From Methanobacteriota archaeon (lineage in GTDB: Archaea; Thermoplasmatota; Thermoplasmata; SG8-5; JAGLSY01): a stretch of DNA of 64,000 bases. Location of the stretch: assembly GCA_020697715.1 (NCBI GenBank), contig JAEHCO010000001.1, forward strand, positions 892,490-956,489, in the 5' to 3' direction. Position 1 is the first letter of the stretch, and each line of letters opens with the position of its first letter. The position numbers and the translations under genes were made by a program. Positions 60,448 through 64,000 of the stretch are shown here, in pieces. Below the pieces are notes generated by a model that saw nothing but the letters and a program-made list of their open reading frames with translations, was not told the DNA's origin and made no database searches.

Positions 60448-61926
60448 TTATTTTCCATCTGGCAGGGTGCATTCTAAGTCATCTGGTAGAGCTTCTGGGC
60501 TTGTTTCCTTGTTCTTCGGAACACCCATGATCTTTTCATGGATATCCATGGCGGACATCCTTCCAGCTCCCATGGCTTCAATAACTGTAGCCATGCCTGT
60601 GACGATATCTCCGGCAGCCCAGACATTTTCCTTGCTGGTCTTTCCATATTCATCAGCCACGATATAGCCCCATTTGTTCAGCTCCAAACCCTCCGTGCTC
60701 TTTGTCAACAGTGGGTTGGCATTTGCTCCAATGGAGTTTATTATCAGGTCGAATTCGATATCATGCTCCGAGCCCTCTATCTCGACTGGCCTGGATCTGC
60801 CCGATTCATCTGGTTCTCCAAGTTCCATCTTGACACATTTCAGGGCCTTTGCCATATTGTTCTCGTCACCGATTATCTCAACTGGATTGGTAAGAAGCAT
60901 CATCTTCACGCCTTCTTCTTCAGCATGGTGTATCTCCTCGCCTCTTGCTGGCATCTGCTCTCTCGCTCTGCGGTATACGATATAAGTGTCCGCTCCAAGC
61001 CGAACCGCAGTTCTGGCCGAGTCCATCGCGACATTTCCGCCACCGATGACGCAAACCCTCTTTCCCATGACGATCGGTGTGTCATATTCTGGGAATCTGT
61101 AGGCTTTCATGAGATTGCTTCTGGTAAGGTATTCATTGGCCGAGTAAACTCCACCATAGTTCTCACCTGGTATGCCCAGGAACTTGGGAAGTCCGGCACC
61201 GACGCCGATAAAGACGGCGTCGTATCCTCTCTCTCCGAGAAGTTCATCGACCTCCACTGTCTTGCCAACTATCGAATTGTATTCTATCTTCACACCAAGC
61301 TGGACCAGATAATTTACCTCGGATTCCACTATGGCCTTCGGTAGCCTGAACTCTGGAATTCCGTACATCAGAACTCCGCCTGGCTTGTGGAATGCCTCGA
61401 ATATCGTTACCTCGTATCCAAGCTGAATAAGATCGCCCGCGACGGTCAGACCAGATGGTCCGGAACCTACAACTGCCACTTTCTTTCCATTTGGCTGTGC
61501 TTTCTCTGGCAGTTCTATCAGATCATTCTCTCTTTCATAATCTGCGGCGAACCTCTCCAATCTGCCTATGCAGATGGCGCGTCCCATTCTATTGTACACA
61601 CATTGTGCCTCGCACTGGCTCTCCTGTGGACATACACGTCCACAGACAGCTGGAAGCGCATTGGTTTCCTTTATCTTCCTTGCGGCCTCTGCGAAATTAC
61701 CCTCAGCGATCTCCTTGATGAAGGCTGGAATATTAATGTTAACTGGACAGCCGCAGACACATGCTGGAACTTTACACTGGGCGCATCTGATAGCTTCTTC
61801 AATGGCCATTTCCTCTGTGTAACCCAAAGGCACTTCCTTGAAATTGGTCGCCCTTACTTTCGGATCCTGTTCCGGCATGGGCATTCTCTCTTTCCTCTTC
61901 GGCTTCTTAGCTACTTCCTCGCCCAT
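60448..61926 (-). CDS. nfnB: NfnB/SudA, GltD-like Fe-S flavoprotein (large subunit of electron-bifurcating transhydrogenase or sulfide dehydrogenase)
   Basis: CAQC..PACVCGCP, CGRVCPQESQCE, GSGPSGL, YGIPEFRLPK and GGGNVAMD; adjacent to nfnA. Confidence 0.85.
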   Translation of the reverse strand: MGEEVAKKPKRKERMPMPEQDPKVRATNFKEVPLGYTEEMAIEEAIRCAQCKVPACVCGCPVNINIPAFIKEIAEGNFAEAARKIKETNALPAVCGRVCPQESQCEAQCVYNRMGRAICIGRLERFAADYERENDLIELPEKAQPNGKKVAVVGSGPSGLTVAGDLIQLGYEVTIFEAFHKPGGVLMYGIPEFRLPKAIVESEVNYLVQLGVKIEYNSIVGKTVEVDELLGERGYDAVFIGVGAGLPKFLGIPGENYGGVYSANEYLTRSNLMKAYRFPEYDTPIVMGKRVCVIGGGNVAMDSARTAVRLGADTYIVYRRAREQMPARGEEIHHAEEEGVKMMLLTNPVEIIGDENNMAKALKCVKMELGEPDESGRSRPVEIEGSEHDIEFDLIINSIGANANPLLTKSTEGLELNKWGYIVADEYGKTSKENVWAAGDIVTGMATVIEAMGAGRMSAMDIHEKIMGVPKNKETSPEALPDDLECTLPDGK

Positions 61927-62763
61927 TTACAATCCCTCCTCTGCCTTGTAATTGTCAAGTGATTCCTTCTCCTGGTCCAGGTAAATACGCTGTCTGGATC
62001 CAAGAAGGTTCCAGTCCACCTGGTGACCATCGAACTCAGGGCCATCAACGCATGTGAACTTCGTCTCTCCCTTAACTTCACATCTGCAACCGCCACACAT
62101 TCCAGTACCGTCAACCATGATGGAATTAAGGCTCACCATGGTCAGGTTTCCGAAGGGCTTGGATGTTAAAGCTGAGAATTTCATCATCGGGATCGGGCCG
62201 ATAGCATAGATTATACCAACCTTGTCACCATCTCTTTCCAAAATTTCCTTCAATGGCTCTGTGACAAGACCCTTTCTTCCATGGGTTCCATCATCGGTCA
62301 TGACGATATGCTCATCACTTACGGAGGCCATCTTATCCTCCCAGAATATCAGGTCTTTATTCCTCGCACCCTGAATGGTGATGATCTTATTGCCCGCCTC
62401 TTTGAGGGCTCTGGCAATCGGATATATGGGGGCGGTTCCAACGCCGCCAGCGACACAGATTACAGTGCCGTAATCCTTGATCTCGGAAGCGTGACCTAGC
62501 GGTCCAACAAAGGCGTAATATGAATCCCCGGCCTTCATCTTTGAAAGCTTGTAGGTGGATTTTCCTATCGTCATGAAGACGATCGTTATCGTGCCTGCTT
62601 CTCTGTCATAATCGGCCACTGTGAGTGGTATTCTCTCGCCTTTCTCATCGGCCATAACTATCAAAAACTCTCCGGCCTTGGCTTTCTTCGCCATCTCTGG
62701 TGCCTTGACCACTGCCTCAAATATATCTGGAACCAATTCCTTCATGCTGATAATTTCGTACAT
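61927..62763 (-). CDS. nfnA: NfnA/SudB, PyrK-like FAD/[2Fe-2S] subunit
   Basis: GERIPLT, AGGVG, MVDGTGMCGGCR and CVDGPEFD; start MYEIIS after GGGAGG. Confidence 0.88.
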   Translation of the reverse strand: MYEIISMKELVPDIFEAVVKAPEMAKKAKAGEFLIVMADEKGERIPLTVADYDREAGTITIVFMTIGKSTYKLSKMKAGDSYYAFVGPLGHASEIKDYGTVICVAGGVGTAPIYPIARALKEAGNKIITIQGARNKDLIFWEDKMASVSDEHIVMTDDGTHGRKGLVTEPLKEILERDGDKVGIIYAIGPIPMMKFSALTSKPFGNLTMVSLNSIMVDGTGMCGGCRCEVKGETKFTCVDGPEFDGHQVDWNLLGSRQRIYLDQEKESLDNYKAEEGL

Positions 62764-62996
62764 TGTTGACCTCCCTTGATACGTCAATTGGTGTAATACC
62801 AACAAGGAATTTGCTGGCAAACCTAAGGGTGAATGATAGAACTCCTATATATGACTTAACATAGACTATATATGATAATTATGATAATTAACTAAGTTAA
62901 TGCAAGTTTAATTTAGTATATGCAATGATAAAATATGATATTCATGTATCATTTATCATGAACTAATATCATCCAATATATCACTCATCTTTCATA

Positions 62997-63599
62997 TCAT
63001 CTTTCTAAAATAATATCAATGAACATCTCATGGATTCGCGTGTCCATGGTTAATTCTGGATGAAAGACCATGGCCAGCATATTATTCTGCCTGGCTATGA
63101 CCATCTCATCATTCAGGATTGCCATGGGTTCAACACCATTTCCCACCTCGGTGATCATGGGCGCTCTGATGAAGACCGCACCATATGGCTTGTTCATGTT
63201 CTTGATCTCGATATAATGCTCGAAAGATTCTTTCTGTCTTCCGAAGGCATTGCGCTTGACGGTTATGTCCATGAGGCCAAGAGGTACGGTGATCTCTTCG
63301 TCCATGTCGGTTATCAATCTTTTTGCCAATAGGATCGTGCCAGCACATGTTCCCATTATTGGAAATCCCTGTTCCACCATACTGTGAATTTCCTTATCCA
63401 TCTCCAATCTTGCCAGCTGTGCGGATATGGCCGAGCTCTCACCACCTGGAAGAGCCAGTCCATCGATACCTTTCAGATCATCCAGGGTCTTGACCAACTT
63501 TGTCGATCCCTGCATATTCTTTGCTTTGAAGGCTCTTTGAAATGCTACTTCGTGCTCTGAAACAGCTCCCTGGATATCGAGAATACCGATTATCATCAT
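62997..63599 (-). CDS. pdxT: PLP synthase glutaminase subunit PdxT
   Basis: QGAVSEH, LPGGES, GTCAG, RNAFGRQKESFE, FIRAP and FHPE. Confidence 0.93.
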   Translation of the reverse strand: MMIIGILDIQGAVSEHEVAFQRAFKAKNMQGSTKLVKTLDDLKGIDGLALPGGESSAISAQLARLEMDKEIHSMVEQGFPIMGTCAGTILLAKRLITDMDEEITVPLGLMDITVKRNAFGRQKESFEHYIEIKNMNKPYGAVFIRAPMITEVGNGVEPMAILNDEMVIARQNNMLAMVFHPELTMDTRIHEMFIDIILER

Positions 63600-63629
63600 C
63601 CGGGGACAAACATCTGGTAAATAAAAGAT

Positions 63630-63938
63630 TTAGTATTGGTAGAAATTGATCTCTTCAACGCCTCTCAGGGCGAGGTAATCATCCGAATCGGATTCAAGAA
63701 CACTCGCATAGAGGCTTCTTGCCTCATTAATGAGTTCCTGGCTTCCCACTCGTCTTCCTATCCTGAAAAGAGAATCTGCCTTGAAGTTCAGTATCACATT
63801 GAGTAATGCGGCATCTGGATCATATTCCAAAACCCTGTCACATAATTGCACTGCCCTACCGTGCTTTTTGTCTGTCCTCATGTCACCTATCCTTCTCATG
63901 TACATGGCGATCTCTGGCTTCAATTTTCTACTTGACAT
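63630..63938 (-). CDS. Small TPR-like hypothetical protein
   Basis: Helical repeat pattern (VLEYDP, VLESDSDD..AL); start placed at MSSRK. Confidence 0.55.
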   Translation of the reverse strand: MSSRKLKPEIAMYMRRIGDMRTDKKHGRAVQLCDRVLEYDPDAALLNVILNFKADSLFRIGRRVGSQELINEARSLYASVLESDSDDYLALRGVEEINFYQY

Positions 63939-64000
63939 ATGAACCAAATCCGTGATTCCTCGAGGCCTAATAAATCTTTGTATTAATCCAAAGGTATATC

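Noticed and set aside
60448-61926. Glutamate synthase call
   Set aside because: No large subunit is nearby, and pairing with a PyrK-like gene indicates NfnAB/SudAB.
62997-63599. pdxT without adjacent pdxS as a novelty
   Set aside because: The gene is close to the window edge and split pdxS/pdxT loci are common.

Overview
Archaeal chromosomal window. rpl15e, rpl40e, rpl41e, arcS, RFC and an intron-containing tRNA make it archaeal; gene content suggests a Thermoplasmata-like organism (inference). 1-6.3 kb: 3' part of the ATP-citrate lyase alpha subunit, monomeric NADP-IDH, an EamA transporter and archaeosine synthase ArcS. 6.3-41.4 kb: a ~35 kb minus-strand tandem array of eight secreted modular proteins. 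Five are S8 subtilase-family proteins with a recognisable triad, one is a triad-dead S8 pseudo-protease and two lack any S8 domain. All eight carry the same ~170 aa Trp-rich internally duplicated 'GWN' domain, seven are followed by hairpin terminators, and six share an FN3-like domain whose loop holds an exchangeable, sometimes nested, passenger domain. This array is the best candidate for an undescribed system. 41.6-64 kb is mostly housekeeping: hypB, a DUF5679 Zn-ribbon mini-protein, rpl15e with a structured leader and a probable ATC start, a degenerate ThiI, two Zn-ribbon/coiled-coil genes, map, sua5, an MBL hydrolase, folP, methyltransferases, rpl41e, a tRNA-Trp(CCA) with two introns (a box C/D guide intron at 37/38 and a non-canonical T-loop intron at 59/60), a TPR protein, rfcS, rpl40e, an enoyl-CoA hydratase, nfnAB/sudAB and pdxT. 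All calls were made by eye from motifs; no searches were run.
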